Shown here: in pieces, positions 42,170 through 57,185 of the stretch | Layout of the letters: every line of letters starts with the position of its first letter | How positions within the stretch are numbered: position 1 is the stretch's first letter | Program-made: the position numbers and the translations under genes | NCBI GenBank assembly: GCA_951406725.2 | Contig: OX597819.1 | Location: 39,432,001-39,496,000, forward strand | Length of the DNA stretch: 64,000 bases | Direction of reading: 5' to 3' | DNA from: Octopus vulgaris | Taxonomy: Eukaryota | The notes under the pieces: generated by a model | What the model was told of the DNA's origin: nothing | Database searches by the model: none | The model's input: only the letters and a program-made list of their open reading frames with translations

Positions 42170-42185
42170 GATGATGATGATGATG

Positions 42186-42249
<64 letters not shown>

Positions 42250-42251
42250 TG

Positions 42252-42334
<83 letters not shown>

Positions 42335-42550
42335 TTCAAATTATAGCACAAGTCCAGCAATTTCGGAGGTGGTGGTGGTGGTGGTTAAGTCGATTAGATC
42401 GACCCCAGCGTTCAACTGAGATTTAATTTATCGATCCCGAAAGAATTAAAGACAAAGTAGACCTAGTCGGAATTTGAACGCAGAACATAAAGACGGACGA
42501 AATGTCGCTAGGCATTTTGCCCGGCGTGTTAACGATTCTGCTACCTGGCA
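42335..42550 (-). mobile_element. SINE family 2 copy
   Basis: Reverse Meta-like domain and head. Confidence 0.7.
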
Positions 42551-42552
42551 AT

Positions 42553-42592
<40 letters not shown>

Positions 42593-42799
42593 TAATTATA
42601 ATAAGTGGGTGTAAACACATGAACAAAATAAGAATAAACAAAAACAAAAACAAATTACACGAACGTATATAAACAGGAGATACAAATATTACAAGCATTC
42701 CCCCCCCCCCACGCGGACACACACACTAAATAAACATAGATGCACATAGAGATATACGCATGCGCAAATGAAGACACATGCAATAGAAATACAAAATGG

Positions 42800-43012
42800 C
42801 TGACGGTTAGTAAGGAAAGACACACAAATAAGATAGAAGAAAGCAAAGGACCACTGATGCGGTCACAAGAGTGTGACGAAAGAACTCTGGCCGAAATAAG
42901 ATTAAGATTAATGTAAAAACAAAATAACGCTGAAGCAAAGTAACACCAAATATATAGTGCGTGTGTTTTTATTGGCTAAACTGGCAAAAATGACCATTCC
43001 TAAATACAATAC
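42800..43012 (+). mobile_element. Single arm of the hammerhead-bearing repeat that is palindromic at 44434-44833
   Basis: Direct similarity to 44635-44833. Confidence 0.8.
42848..42892 (+). ncRNA. Hammerhead-like motif with variant core CUGAUGCG
   Basis: GGaCCA-CTGATGCG-GTCACA-agag-TGTGAC-GAAAG-aa-CTC^TGGCC. Confidence 0.5.
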
Positions 43013-43014
43013 AG

Positions 43015-43114
<100 letters not shown>

Positions 43115-43129
43115 TAATAATCTCTTATT

Positions 43130-43790
43130 TTGACACAACGCCAAGAAATTTAAGGGGCGAGGAAGTCGATTACACTCACACCATTGCTCACTGGTAATTA
43201 TTTTAATTATTTTATCAACTTCGAAAGGATAGGAGGCAAAGTCGACTTCTTAGGAATTTGGCAAAGAGTTAGCAGAACCGTCAATGTCCCGGACAAAATG
43301 CTTAGCGGCCTTGTGCCTTGTACCAAAATTTGAATCCGTTCTCATTCTCATTTTCAAATTATGAAGAGGTCGAAATTATTTTAAATCCTTTCGGGGTGGA
43401 TAAAATAAGTACTAATTAAACACTGGGGTCGATGTAATCAGCTTAATCCCTCGCCTGAAATTAGTGACTTTGTGCCAAAGTTTGAAACCAATTATAATTA
43501 TGATGATGAAAAATGATAATAGTAATAACGGTCGCAAACTTTGGCACAAGTCCAGCAATTTCGGGCTTGGGGTGAGTCGATCACATCGACCCCATTGCTC
43601 AACTGATGCTTATTTTATCACCCCAAAAGGATGAAAGGCAAAGTCGACCTAGGGCGGAATTTGAACTACCATTGGCAAAAGGCCTGAAATTTCGGGGAGT
43701 GGGTAAGTTGATTGCATCGACCCCAATACATAACTGGTACTTTTTTTATCGACCTCGAAACGATAAAAGGGAAAGTCGACCTCGGTGAAA
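43130..43790. mobile_element. Cluster of about 4 SINE family 2 fragments in both orientations
   Basis: Repeated AAGTCGAC and ATCGACCCC motifs. Confidence 0.7.
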
Positions 43791-44229
43791 TAACATTGAT
43801 GAGAACAATAGCTACATTGAAAAGTCAGTCTATCCTTTGAGTTCTCCCTGTCCCTCTCACTTTCTATCTTGCTCTTCCTTTCTCTCTGTCTCTCTTTCTC
43901 CGTTTTACTGCCTTTTTCAATTCTTTCCGTTCCTCTTCTTGTTTATTAATTCATTCTCTATTCTTCTTTCATTATTATTATCAATTCCATACAAATTTAG
44001 AATCTTGTTCTTTTTGTTCTAAATATTAGTCTCTCTTATTCTCTGAATACATACACGGAATACATGCGCGCGCACACGCGATCATACGCGCATATACATA
44101 CACCGAGAAAAATACGTACACACATTGCACACATCTAAACAAGTATAATATAGATATGCGTATACCAAACCATTTATTTACATGATGTATCTATCTATCT
44201 ATCTATCTATCTAGCAAGCTACCTACCTA

Positions 44230-44282
<53 letters not shown>

Positions 44283-44400
44283 TGTATGTATTCATATTAT
44301 ATTTGCATATACAAACACACGTACATATACTTGTACGTATGTAACTATACATCTATCAATCAGAATAGGCGCGCGCGCGCGCACACACACACACATGTAT

Positions 44401-44433
<33 letters not shown>

Positions 44434-44434
<1 letters not shown>

Positions 44435-44833
44435 ATTGTTATATTTCAATGGTCATATTGCCATTTAGCCAATAAAACACACGCACTATATATTGGTGTT
44501 ATTTTGCTTCAGTGATATTTATTTTTACATTAATCTTAATCTTATTTCGGCCAAAGTTCTTTCGTCACACTCCTGTGACCGCATCAGTGGTCCTTTGTTT
44601 TCTTCTCACTTACTTGTGTCTCTCCTTACTAACCGTTAGTAAGGAGAGACACAAGTAAGTGAGAAGAACAAAGGACCACTGATGCGGTCACAGAGTGTGA
44701 CGAAAGAACTTGGCCGAAATAAGATTAACATTAATGTAAAAAATAAATATCACTGAAGCAAAATAACACCAAATATATAGTGCGTGTGTTTTATTGGCTA
44801 AACTGCAATATGACCATTCGAAATATAACAATA
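44434..44833. repeat. ~400-bp near-perfect palindrome centred at 44634
   Basis: Centre TTACTAAC-C-GTTAGTAA; arms of about 200 bp with a few 1-nt indels and substitutions. Hammerhead-like motifs at 44549-44593 (-) and 44673-44715 (+). Confidence 0.92.
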
Positions 44834-44887
44834 TCTGTTTCAACACACGACTTCACATAAAAAATCTTGCACAACAAATATTTAAAC

Positions 44888-44944
<57 letters not shown>

Positions 44945-45110
44945 AATATATATATATATACATACATATATATATATGCACACAGGCCTAAACATTTACT
45001 CATGTGTATATGTATGCATGTATGTATTTACATATCGATAGAAATATACATACATACTTACACACACTCACATAGATATGTATATATGTATATATATGTA
45101 TATATATATG

Positions 45111-45158
<48 letters not shown>

Positions 45159-45271
45159 TACATACATACATACATACATACATACATACATACATACTTA
45201 CTCACGCACACACGGACATGCACATATGTATGTATGTATATATGTATGTGTATATATATGTATATCTTTCG

Positions 45272-45423
<152 letters not shown>

Positions 45424-45956
45424 CTCTCTCTAAACTACGAATCTTTTTTTCGGCAGTACTATTTTCTGACTCACGTGGTAGAATCCACTTGTCTATATAA
45501 ATGTGGATATGCTGATTGGCTTTTATATTTTTCGATGTCGCTTGATCGAAAATATAAGAGGTAAGTTTTCCTAGCATTTCTAGATTTATAGGGAATATTA
45601 TGTCGATAAAGGAAATGAGTCTTACGATTCTAATCCAGAAACGTACGTCCATAATTAACCCATAATTAACCGAAGACTGTGTGATTTCATTATTTTTCTT
45701 CTTTTTTTGCCATATGTGAGTTACAAATATTGTTGTCTGTGGAGACTTATTTTTGTAGTAAAAGGAAATAGTAGTCTTTTGGCTGCTATTTCTAAAATTT
45801 TCGGGATGTGGTTTAAGCAATTTGTTGCAAAAAACCCCTATTATTATAATTACATAAATTTTTACCGAATATGGTCCTTTTCCATACCGAAATACTACTA
45901 GGTGAATTTGTTGATTTTATTAAATTAATTATATTTCACCCTATATCTATAATGAC

Positions 45957-45992
<36 letters not shown>

Positions 45993-46104
45993 TGTTAGAA
46001 ATAGACACCCCTTAAAACATCGTTTTCTGTTTATTCTAACTTGTAATTGTTTATATTTATTAATTGACATTTTTATGTTTCAGATTCTATATGACTGTTT
46101 AATC

Positions 46105-47105
46105 ATGGCATGTACAAAGAGGTTTTGGAAATGTCAGGAATTTCAAAGAGGCCGTATTGTAGGTCATTCGGAAGGTGGTTATAGTCAGCGTAAAACCGCA
46201 GAAAACCTTGGGATCCCACTTTCTACAGTAAATAGAGTGAGCGTGAAATTCACCAGAGAGGGGATGGAATCCACATCACCTTGTCCAGATCAACCAGGGC
46301 CCTCTGACAGGATCCTTCTCTTTGCTAAGAGAATTGTGGAGAATAATCCTCGTTGCAAGACCTCTGACATAGCAGAGCAAGTTGATGTCAGTCCCAGAAC
46401 AGCTGTCAAGTATCTACACAAACATGGTTACTATGGCAGAGCAGGAAGAAGGAAGCCACAACTTTGACCAGCCAATATGAAGCAGAGAAAAGGTTGGGCT
46501 AGTGAGATGGTGGAGAGGCCATTACCATTTTGGGGCACTGTCAGATTCCCTGATGAGTTCAGATTTGCTGTATTTCCTAACAGTGGTCGAGTGTGGGTCT
46601 GGAGACTCTGTGATCAAGAATTTGATGTGAAACACAGCAGCTATTCTGTGATGGTCTGGGGAACAGTTTGGAGCAATGGTTGATCAGAGCTTGTGGAGTG
46701 TGAGGGAAAGATAAACTCAAATAAATATGTGTCCATGTTGCAGAAAGAAATCCTTCCAAACTTCTCCAGCGGTGAAATGATTAAAGAAGACTCTCTATTT
46801 ATGGAAGATGGGATTCCTTGTCACACGGTTAAAATGACTCAAGATTTGTTGGAAAAGAATGGCATTAGAAAGCTTCCATAGCGAAGCCAGTCACCAGATA
46901 TGAACCCTATAGAACACCTCTGGGCATAAAGGACAGGATATTTCACAAACAGAGCAAGAAAGCATCTTCAAAGCCAGATCTTTTGAGATCATTGCATGAA
47001 ACTTACGAAGAAATTCCGCAAGAGAATATTCACTATCTGATTAGTAACATGCCTAATAGGGCCCTTGCATTGAAAAATGCAAACAACATGTCTACTAAAT
47101 ATTAA
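46105..47105 (+). pseudogene. Decayed Tc1-type (DD34E) transposase
   Basis: HTH region [40 protein letters not shown] and QSPDMNPIEHLW, ending TKY*. Several stops; TIRs not resolved. Confidence 0.88.
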
Positions 47106-47221
47106 ATGTTCACAATATAACAACTAACAAATAATTTGAATATATAATTTCAGATTTGAATAAATTTTAATGATTATAAGAATGTATATATTTCTTTCTT
47201 TCATGTCTGTATATATATATG

Positions 47222-47434
<213 letters not shown>

Positions 47435-47440
47435 TAGATA

Positions 47441-48464
47441 TTGAGTTGGCAAGAAAGTAATTTCGTTTTTTTTTTGGGTGTGAAATAAAAGTAATTTTTT
47501 AAATACATAGGATGAACTTTAATCAATTATATATTTTACATTTTGTTCGAGGACATTTTACCAGCTTTCTGGCGACTTCATGATTCCACGCTCATAGAAC
47601 TTCTGGTCCTTATCAGCCAAAAACTGAAGCATGTGCGATTTCAGGTCATCATCATTATTGAAAGTTTTACCATTCAAAGAATTTTGCAAGCTACGAAATA
47701 AATGGTAATCTGATGGTGCAAGGTCAGGGCTATATGAAAGATGTGACATCACTCCCCAGCCAAGCTCCTATAAGTTTTCGCGAGTTAGCAAAGATGTGTG
47801 TTCTAGCGTTGTCATGGTAGAACACGATTTCTTTACGATTTGCCAATTGTGGCTGTTTTTCTTTGATTACTTCCTCCAGTTTCATTAGTTGTTGACAGTA
47901 AACATCTGAATTGGTCGCTTGGTTCCTTGAAAGCAGCTCCAAATGAACAAGACCATTGTAATCGCACGAGATTGACAGCATGACCTTTTTGTGATGCAAT
48001 TCAGCTTTCGACTGATGTTTTTTTTTTTCAATTGATGTTATTGTTTTAATTATGGCTTTGATTCTGTCATCATCAACTTCAGTAAGTCGACCAGAACGTT
48101 GGTGGTCTTTGAATGAAAATTCTCCAGAACGGAATTTTTAAAACCGTTTCTGACATGTGCATTCCGTTAAGCAATCAACACCATGAACTTCACATATCTC
48201 TTTGTGAGCCTCAGCAGCCTTCTTGCCTTTATAGAAATAAAGAATTAAAATATGGCGAAAATGTTCATTTTTGCACTCCATGTTAAAACTGACACGGAAC
48301 GAACAGCTGTAAACAAAATTAAGCGCAATTCGCTTCTAAAGGGAGATAAAAGTAACGGCTATCAAATGTCAAAAGGAAAACAAAAATCATATCATTGACA
48401 AAAGTCATTAAAAAAAATCGTAACTCTATTTGCGAAAAACGAAATTATTTCCTTGCTAACCCAA
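47441..48464 (-). mobile_element. Mariner element with an internal deletion, same family as 54093-55342
   Basis: TIRs TTGAGTTGGCAAGAAAGTAATTTCG / CGAAATTATTTCCTTGCTAACCCAA. Motifs FYHDNAR and YSPDLAPSDYHLF. Confidence 0.9.
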
Positions 48465-48590
48465 CATATATCAAATGACATATGTCATATGTATAAGCAG
48501 GTGATGATATATATTTGTGTGTATATATATATATGTATGTTTGTATGTATGTATGTATGCATATATATAAGTATACATATATATACATAC

Positions 48591-48637
<47 letters not shown>

Positions 48638-48851
48638 TACATATATACATATATAGGTATATATGTGCGTGTGTGTGAGAGAGTGAGAGAGTGAGAAAGT
48701 ATGTTTGTGTATGTGTGTGTGTGTGTGCAGATGTATATACATATACACACATATTCCTACGTTTCAATATAAATAAGAATGTCATATCAATTTTACCTAA
48801 GTCCTTTTACACTTTTTGACTTTTACGTTGTACGTATTTATTTATTTATTT

Positions 48852-48882
<31 letters not shown>

Positions 48883-49419
48883 ACATCGTCATTGTGTGTA
48901 TGTCTATGTTGCTGGAGATAGTGTCGGTAGGGGGTTGGCAGGTGAGTTTGATCTCCATTTTGGATTTTGATTTGATCTTAACCTAAGGATGAAACCGTTA
49001 TTAAACATTTAACCTCACCCATACTCAACATCCCAACCTACAGCCCCCACCCCACTGTCTATCAATCGCTGCTCAATACCTACCCTATCCCACCCCAACC
49101 CACTCATACTCCTAAATATTCTATCAAAATAAATACCCACCCACCCACTATACCATTTTTGACTGGATGTTCTATGTATATTTTTCTTTCATTTTTGTTC
49201 TTCCGTTTATCTTTCCCTCAGTAGTAGTAGTAGTAGTAACTGTTGTTGTTGTTATTGTTGCCGATCCTCATATTGTTTATGTTGTTGCTTTGTTTTTTTG
49301 TTGCTTTTGTTCTTTTCTTTATATTTACATTCTTCTTCGTGTTTTATTTTTAATTTTAATTTTTGAAATTTTGTTTCATTTTATTTTATCTGGTTTGTCT
49401 TGTTTTCGCTTAGTTAATC

Positions 49420-49493
<74 letters not shown>

Positions 49494-49561
49494 TGATGAT
49501 AAAATGATAATAATAATAATTATAATAATAATAATAATAATAATAATGATGATGATGATAA

Positions 49562-49630
<69 letters not shown>

Positions 49631-49671
49631 CAACAACAACAGTAATGATTATGATGAAGATAATATTAATA

Positions 49672-49703
<32 letters not shown>

Positions 49704-49891
49704 AATGATGATGATCACCACATCATCATCACTATTAATGCTATAGTTATCATTATTATCATTATATCACTATGATCATCGTCATCTTCATCAACCTCAG
49801 CAGCAGCAGCAGCAGCCGCAACAGCAGCAACAATAACAGTAAATTCATGAATATGAGTTTGTTAGAAACGATTGTTGTTGTTGCTGTCATT

Positions 49892-50010
<119 letters not shown>

Positions 50011-50038
50011 CATTGTCATTATTATTATTAATATTATT

Positions 50039-50069
<31 letters not shown>

Positions 50070-50829
50070 TTATTATTATTGAAATTTTTATTTTTACTGA
50101 TAACTTAGTAAAAACCAATGCAACTTTGCATTAGATTTTGCTGAGGTTTCGCTTCAACTGTAGAAACTCTGTCCAATATTTTCATTTATGTCTCTTTAAC
50201 GTGTCATTATCAAAACGAGGAATTACATCACGATTTTCACACTAAATTTCCGGAATACATCGTCAAGGCTCGGAGGCTGTTTTAAATTCGATACGCCTTC
50301 TCTTCACTTCTTCCTCTCCTCCCACTCACCTCTCTCTCTCCCTTTTTCACTTTCTCTCTACCCCTCTCCCTCTCTCCTCGCTTTTTCCTATCCTTGCTTT
50401 CTGTATGTTCTTTATATTCTTTCTGTTTTGGTTTTCATATAAATTTTGTTGATGTTCAGTTGTATCTTTTTTTTGCGTTGTTGCATCTGTAGTAATAGTA
50501 TTTGTTGTTATTATTATTGTTGCTGCTGCTGTTGTTGTCGTTGTAGTGTTGTTGTCGTTATTGCTGTTGTGCTTTTGTTTTGTGCTATTTTGATGCAAAT
50601 GTCTTTTAATATCTGACAGAATGATAATTAAAGTGAAAACCAGCTACACACACACACGCGCGCATACAAACTTACACATACACGCACTCACAATTATAGC
50701 GCAGCATACAAACATATATATATACATGCACACACACACTCTCACACGCAGAATTAGAAAATATTACACATACATGTACACACGTATGCATACATACAAT
50801 ATAAACAAATATATAATGCCACACGCATA

Positions 50830-50883
<54 letters not shown>

Positions 50884-51009
50884 TATATGTATATATATAT
50901 ATATGTATTTATATATATATGTACATATGTATGTATGTATGTATATATATATATATATATACTTCTATACGTATGTACATGTGCATATATGTAAACGTAG
51001 ATGCGCACA

Positions 51010-51054
<45 letters not shown>

Positions 51055-51094
51055 ACATATATACAGACATGCATGCACACAAACACACACACAC

Positions 51095-51149
<55 letters not shown>

Positions 51150-51165
51150 CATACATATACACATA

Positions 51166-51211
<46 letters not shown>

Positions 51212-51242
51212 ACACACATATACATACATATACACATATATC

Positions 51243-51273
<31 letters not shown>

Positions 51274-51734
51274 TCACACACACATATACATACATACGTA
51301 CATACACGGAGACACATGCACACCTTCAGACATATAAAGACAATAAACGCAATCATAGGCTATAACACATACACACAAACACTCACACACGCATACACAC
51401 ACTCACGCTCACAAATATATATGTAGATATACACGTATGCGAGTGCACACACACGTACAAATATACACACAAATCAAAGTATATCTTGTGATATCTGGAT
51501 GGCAGCAGTTAAAAATATTTTCCTTATCACCTCGTCGCCCTTTTCCTCCTCCTCCTCCTCGATAACTCTTCCTTGTCTCTTCTCATTCCTCCTCCTCCCC
51601 TTCTCCTCCGGCTTAACGCATCTTTATCATTACAACATTCAATTTCCCAGCATACATTGCCCTGTCTATTGTCGACAAGAGCAACAACTACAACAACAGC
51701 AACAACAAAAACATCATCATCAACAACAACAAGA

Positions 51735-51796
<62 letters not shown>

Positions 51797-52532
51797 ATCG
51801 AGCGTCTACGATACTGATAAAATATATGACAACGGCTCTCAAAATTATAAATGTGCATATATTTAGTTGAGATATTAGTAATTGTAGAATTAATAGTAAT
51901 AGCAGCAGCAGCAGCAGCAGCAGCAACTGTAGCAGCTGTACCAATAGTAACAACAATAATAACAACAATATTAATGTTATTCTATAATATATATTGATAT
52001 ATATATATATACATATATATATATTTATATTTATATTGATATTTATATATGTATGTATGTGCGTATGTATGTATGCATAAATGTATTTATGCATACGCGC
52101 TCATATGCCGTGTGTGTGTGTGTATGTGTGTTACTTAAGGTATTAAAATATACCGCTTCCAAAACAGGTTGCATTATTAACCACATATTTACTCCATCAG
52201 TAGAAATGCGTACATTTATACGTAAATTATACGTAAATGAATTTAGCACTGGGTTTGTTTCTATCTCGACTTCTATCCGCTTGTACAGCGCATGTGCTAA
52301 CTCACACTGCCGTCATTTTCACTCCCGAGATGGTAGCCAAGCGTACACATCATTGTTAAACATTGAGGACTGATAAAAATTGGATATCTGTAATGAAAAT
52401 ATTTTCATTTTTATTCATTTAATTCATCGGTTATACTTCTACACTGAACATAATTCTTATAATAAAAGTTTGCTTTACCCTTTGCATGTCTTGTATATCA
52501 TGCGTTGTACAGGACATATTTCCCTGGCATCA

Positions 52533-52916
52533 TCTCTCTGTATATAAACGGCAGTTTGTCTGTGTGTGTTTCTGTGTGTCTGTTTGCTTGTACCCTCACT
52601 CTGACCACGGCTTTCAACCGATTCTGATGAAACTTGACACACACATAGCCCAATGTCATAATTCAAAACTAACGCAGCGAAAATTTTGAAAAGTTCCCCC
52701 AGTTCTGAAAAAGATCGATAAATTCAACATGGGGTCGACAATCAGAAATACAAACCACAGATGGTCATGGGGACGCAACTCGACCTTTTTAACTATCAAA
52801 AAAAATTTACCATCTTTTTTTCCCATTTTTTTGCTATTTTTTGGCTATAACTCTCTAAAAAATCCTTTATAGTTATTTCCCTTACAAACCCGAGCAACGC
52901 CGGGCGATACTGCTAG
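52533..52916 (+). mobile_element. Non-autonomous Helitron-type element
   Basis: A|TC...CCCGAGCAACGCCGGGCGATACTGCTAG|T. No TSD. 3' end shared with the element at 33617. Confidence 0.8.
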
Positions 52917-54012
52917 TATATAATACACGTTCCCAGTTTTTTTTTCAACCACTGTAACATGAGATTTATGAAAAGAAAGCTGTATATTACTGAGTGTATG
53001 AGATAATGGCTAACTAAAAATCTGAAAACAAGCATGGCCGTTTAAGATTAACTTATGAAAATGCTTTGGACAGGTAAAAGGTATGTCTTTGAACAAACTG
53101 AAGAGGCTGAACAAAAAACTTGTTTGAAACGATTGAGCGCCATTACATCATGGCAAACGAAAGAGAAAAAGATAGACCGCACTATTAAATCATAGCAATG
53201 CAGAGATGTTGATACATTAGTACAGAGTGGCCAAAACGTCACTTGGACATTTGAAAAGATAAAATCACTTTTTATTTATTAAATATTCATCTTTATTCTT
53301 ATATAAACAATAAATATATTTCTTGGAAAACCTTTTCAACTAGTTTTAAAAATTACATCCTACAAAGGGCAACCTTTTTCTTCTTGACACTGAAGAGAGT
53401 TTCATCAACATTTGTAATATTTCTTGGCTTATTCCTTCAATTTATTCACGGATTTTGGCCTAAAATTGCTGAATGGTCTAAGGTTTCTTATGGTATACTC
53501 AGTCTTTCAAATATCCCCGCAAAAAAAGTCTGGAGCAGTTAAATTGATTTAGAGTTTTTTGAAATTATTCTCCTTCCAAAAATTTGTGTTAAGAGCGTCA
53601 CGTGTGCTCTATGGGCACTAGACTAATTTGCTGCCACCATGGATTTTTCTCAACTTCAGGATGCATAAAATGTTCCAGCATGTCCCTATAACTTTCTCCT
53701 GTCATGGTTAGCAAGCTTTCTGCTTCATCCTCAAAACAGTAGGAACAAGAAGTTTTCCAGTACTTAACCTGTACCAGTCACAACCTCCAGTGGTTCAAAC
53801 CACCGGAATAAATTGAATATCGGTTGTTTAGATGGTTGTTGCCTGACCCTAAAATGATGAATGTAACCTCTTTGAATCAGTACAACTGATCGTTGACTTT
53901 GTAGATAAGATTCGAATATATTTACTTGTTGCTCTACTGTGACTTACTCCATCATTATTTTCTCAGACCTGCATGTCAAAAATCTGAAAAAGAAAAAAAA
54001 GGCTGAAAAATT

Positions 54013-56446
54013 GTTTTTCAGTTGCATGAACTAAAAGTCGGAGAGGGACGGAATAAACTACTTGCATCAACTTGCTATAAAAACAGGTAGTATTGGGTTG
54101 GCAAGAAAGTAATTTCGTTTTTCGCAAATAGAGTTGCGATCTTTTTGAATGACTTTTGTCAATGCTATGATATTTTTTCTTTTGACATTTGATAGCCGTT
54201 ACATTTAGTTTAGAAGCAAATTGCGCGTAATTTTGTTTACAATTGTTAGTTCAGTGTCAATTTTAACAAGAAGTGCAAAAATGAAGATTTTCGCCATATT
54301 TTACTTTTTTTTTATTCCTATAAAGGCAAGAAGGCTACTGAGGCTCACAAAGAGATATTTAAAGTTTATGGTGTTGATTGCTTAACAGAACTCACATGTC
54401 AGAAACGGTTTTAAAAATTTCGTTCTGGAGATTTTTCATTCAAAGACCACCAACGTTCTGGTCGACTTACAGAAGTTGATGATGACCGAATCAAAGCCAT
54501 AATTGGATCTGATTGTCATATAACTATGCGAGAGATTGCAGAGAGGTTAAATGTATCACACACAACAATTGAAAATCACTTAAAATGTCTGAGACTCGTT
54601 AAGAAGCTCGATATATGGGTCCCACATAAAGTGAAAGAGATTCACTTAACTCAAGGAATCAATATTTGCAATATGCATCTCAAAAGTAATGAAATTGACG
54701 TTTCTTTTGGAAACGAATCATCACTGGTGATGAAAAATGGATTGTCTACAATAGCATCAATCGAAAACGATCATAGTCCATGCATCATGAACCAGTACAA
54801 ATCACTTCGAAAGCTGAAATGCATAAAAAAAGTCAGGCTGTCAATCTGGTGGGATTACAAAGGTGTTGTTTATTTTGAGCTGTTTCCAAGGAACCAAACG
54901 ATCAATTCAGATGTTTACTGTCAACAACTAATGGAACTGGAGGACGTAATCAAAGAAGAATGGCCAGAATTGGCAAATCGTAAAGGAATCGTGTTCTACC
55001 ATGACGACGCTAGACCACACACGTCTTTGCAACCTCATGAAAAATTATTGGAGCTTGGTTGGGAAGTGATGTAACATCTTTCATATAGCCCTGACCTTGC
55101 ACCGTCAGATTACCATTTATTTCGAAGTTTGCAATAATGGTGATCTGAAATTGCACTTACTCCAGTTATGGGCTGATAAAGACCAGAAGTTCTATGAGCG
55201 TGGAATCATGAAGTCGCCAGAAAGTTGGTAAAATGTCCTCGAACAAAATGGAAAATATATAATTGATTTAAGTTCATTCTTTGTATGAGAAAATGACTTT
55301 TATTTCACACTAAAAATCCGAAATTACTTTCTTATAACCCAATAATTTTACCTCGTCTTTATTCTTAGTGCAAGTTTTGAAGAGTGCGGTTGGATTTTAA
55401 CTTATTTTTCAAAGCTATAATGATAGTGACAAAGGTGCATATTCGGCATGTTTTGCTTTATGCGTTCAATAAAGGCTACAACGCAACGGAAAGTGCGAGG
55501 ACTATTAATGCAGTATATGAGGTCGGTCAATAAACGTAAGCCAGTGTCAACGGTGGTTCCAGAAATTCCGAGCCGGAAACTACAGCCTAGAAGACGCGCC
55601 TCGTCCTGGAAGATCTGTAGAGCTCGGCGAGGACGTCCTACAAACCCTGGTGGGACAAAAGCCCATCGTAACAGTTGAGAAACTAGCAGAGAAGCTTGGA
55701 TGTAGTCATCCAACCATTAATCTACAGCGGCGTGCTATCGGAAAAGTCAGAAAATTGGGTCAAAGGGTTCCTCACAAACTTTCCAAGTTTAATCGCGCGC
55801 AAAGAGTGAATGCGTGCTCTTCTTTCCTGTCGCGTTTCACAAATGAACCTTTTTTTGGACCGAATAGTGACTGGTGATAAGAAAGGAGTTCTCTATAAAA
55901 ATGTCAAGCGCCGAAGACAGTTGATAGGGAAAGGAGAAACACCACGTAAGGTCTTGCTACCTATTTGAACTTTTAAGCCGAAAACAAACGATAACAAGGG
56001 AAATCTACTGCGAGCAGCTTGAGCGGCTTAAGTCAGTGCTACAAGAAAAACGACCATCTTTGGTTTCAAGACGAAAGGTGTTCTTTCGTCAGGATAATGC
56101 TCGGCCACATACAGTGAGGATGACATTCAAAAGGCTAGAGCAGTTTGAACGGGAAACGATGCCCCACCCACCGTATTCGCCAGACATTGCCCCATCTGAT
56201 TATCGTTTATTCCGCAGTCTTCAAAATCATTTTGACGGAAAATATATGAATTCTGAAGACGAGGTTAGAACAACTGGGAGAGTATTTTTCGTCAATGTGA
56301 ATTTTGGAAGATCAGCCTTGCAAGTCTACCAGATAGATGAAAGAGCATTATAGAAAATGAAGGAAAGTATATTTTAGATTAAAAGAAAAACTTTGTTTAT
56401 CTTAATGTCGTATTTAAAAAACCGTATTATTTATGGGATGACCTAA
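54013..56446 (+). mobile_element. Middle mariner element; left TIR lost, left boundary approximate
   Basis: Right TIR TTATTTATGGGATGACCTAA|TA. Motifs RVPHKL, IVTGDKK, QDNARPH and PPYSPDIAPSDYRLF. Confidence 0.8.
54093..55342 (+). mobile_element. Inner full-length decayed mariner
   Basis: TA|TTGGGTTGGCAAGAAAGTAATTTCG ... GAAATTACTTTCTTATAACCCAA|TA. Motifs WVPHKV, YHDDARPH and YSPDLAPSDYHLF. Confidence 0.92.
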
Positions 56447-56743
56447 TATTTTAAAATGGTCTAATGACTTTTGGGCAACCCTGTACAACTGAGCCCTGTT
56501 ACGTTATGACATCGCGTGACCTCAAAACGATAATTTATCATGATATCGGAGATGCTGTTTACACTAGTATCCTGTTCAACAGTTCTGAGAATATTACTCT
56601 ACTAAATCGCTCAAATTTAGAAAATACTTTAACATAGTCTTCCCACCCACTCTTCCTCACAAATACCTTACACCTCACTCACTGATGAAACACAGTCTTT
56701 ATACACCTTCTCCTTTGCTCCCTCATTCTCTGTCTGTGTGTCA

Positions 56744-56776
<33 letters not shown>

Positions 56777-56840
56777 TCTATCTACCTACCTAACTACCTA
56801 CCTACCTACCTACCTTCCTACCTACCTACCTACTTACCTA

Positions 56841-56878
<38 letters not shown>

Positions 56879-57185
56879 CCATTGACCGAGGTTACCGTGG
56901 TCTTTTCCGTGGGCTTTTCTTTCCACGGGTAAACCTCACCTGTCCTCCCCTTTACACTTCATATTGACATTTCTGTGATAACGATCCCTATTGATCAATT
57001 TTTTTTCCCACTCCCCCTTTTTTTAACCCCCTTTTTTTGTCCTCTTTCTCTCCTTTTACGATCCCTTTTGATCGAAACTCCCCTTCCTTTTTTTTTTTTT
57101 TTTTTTTTTTAACCTTCAAAAGAAAAGCTCTACCTTGTAATTTGTTCTATCTGTGTGCAGCCCTGTGTGGCTAATAAAGAAACAT
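56879..57185 (+). mobile_element. 3' UTR of a probable Tx1/L1-like LINE inserted in (TATC)n
   Basis: CCGTGG...CCACGG hairpin, pyrimidine tract and end GCCCTGTGTGGCTAATAAAGAAA, resembling the 3' end at 24968-25170. Flanked by TATC repeats. Confidence 0.55.

Larger units (their letters stand above)
53223..56483 (-). mobile_element. Outer Tc1/mariner (maT/rosa-like) element of a triple nest
   Basis: TA|CAGAGTGGCCAAAACGTCAC... and ...ATGACTTTTGGGCAACCCTG|TA. Minus-strand NLTAPDFFL.GYLKD.VYHKKP at about 53480-53550. Confidence 0.75.
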
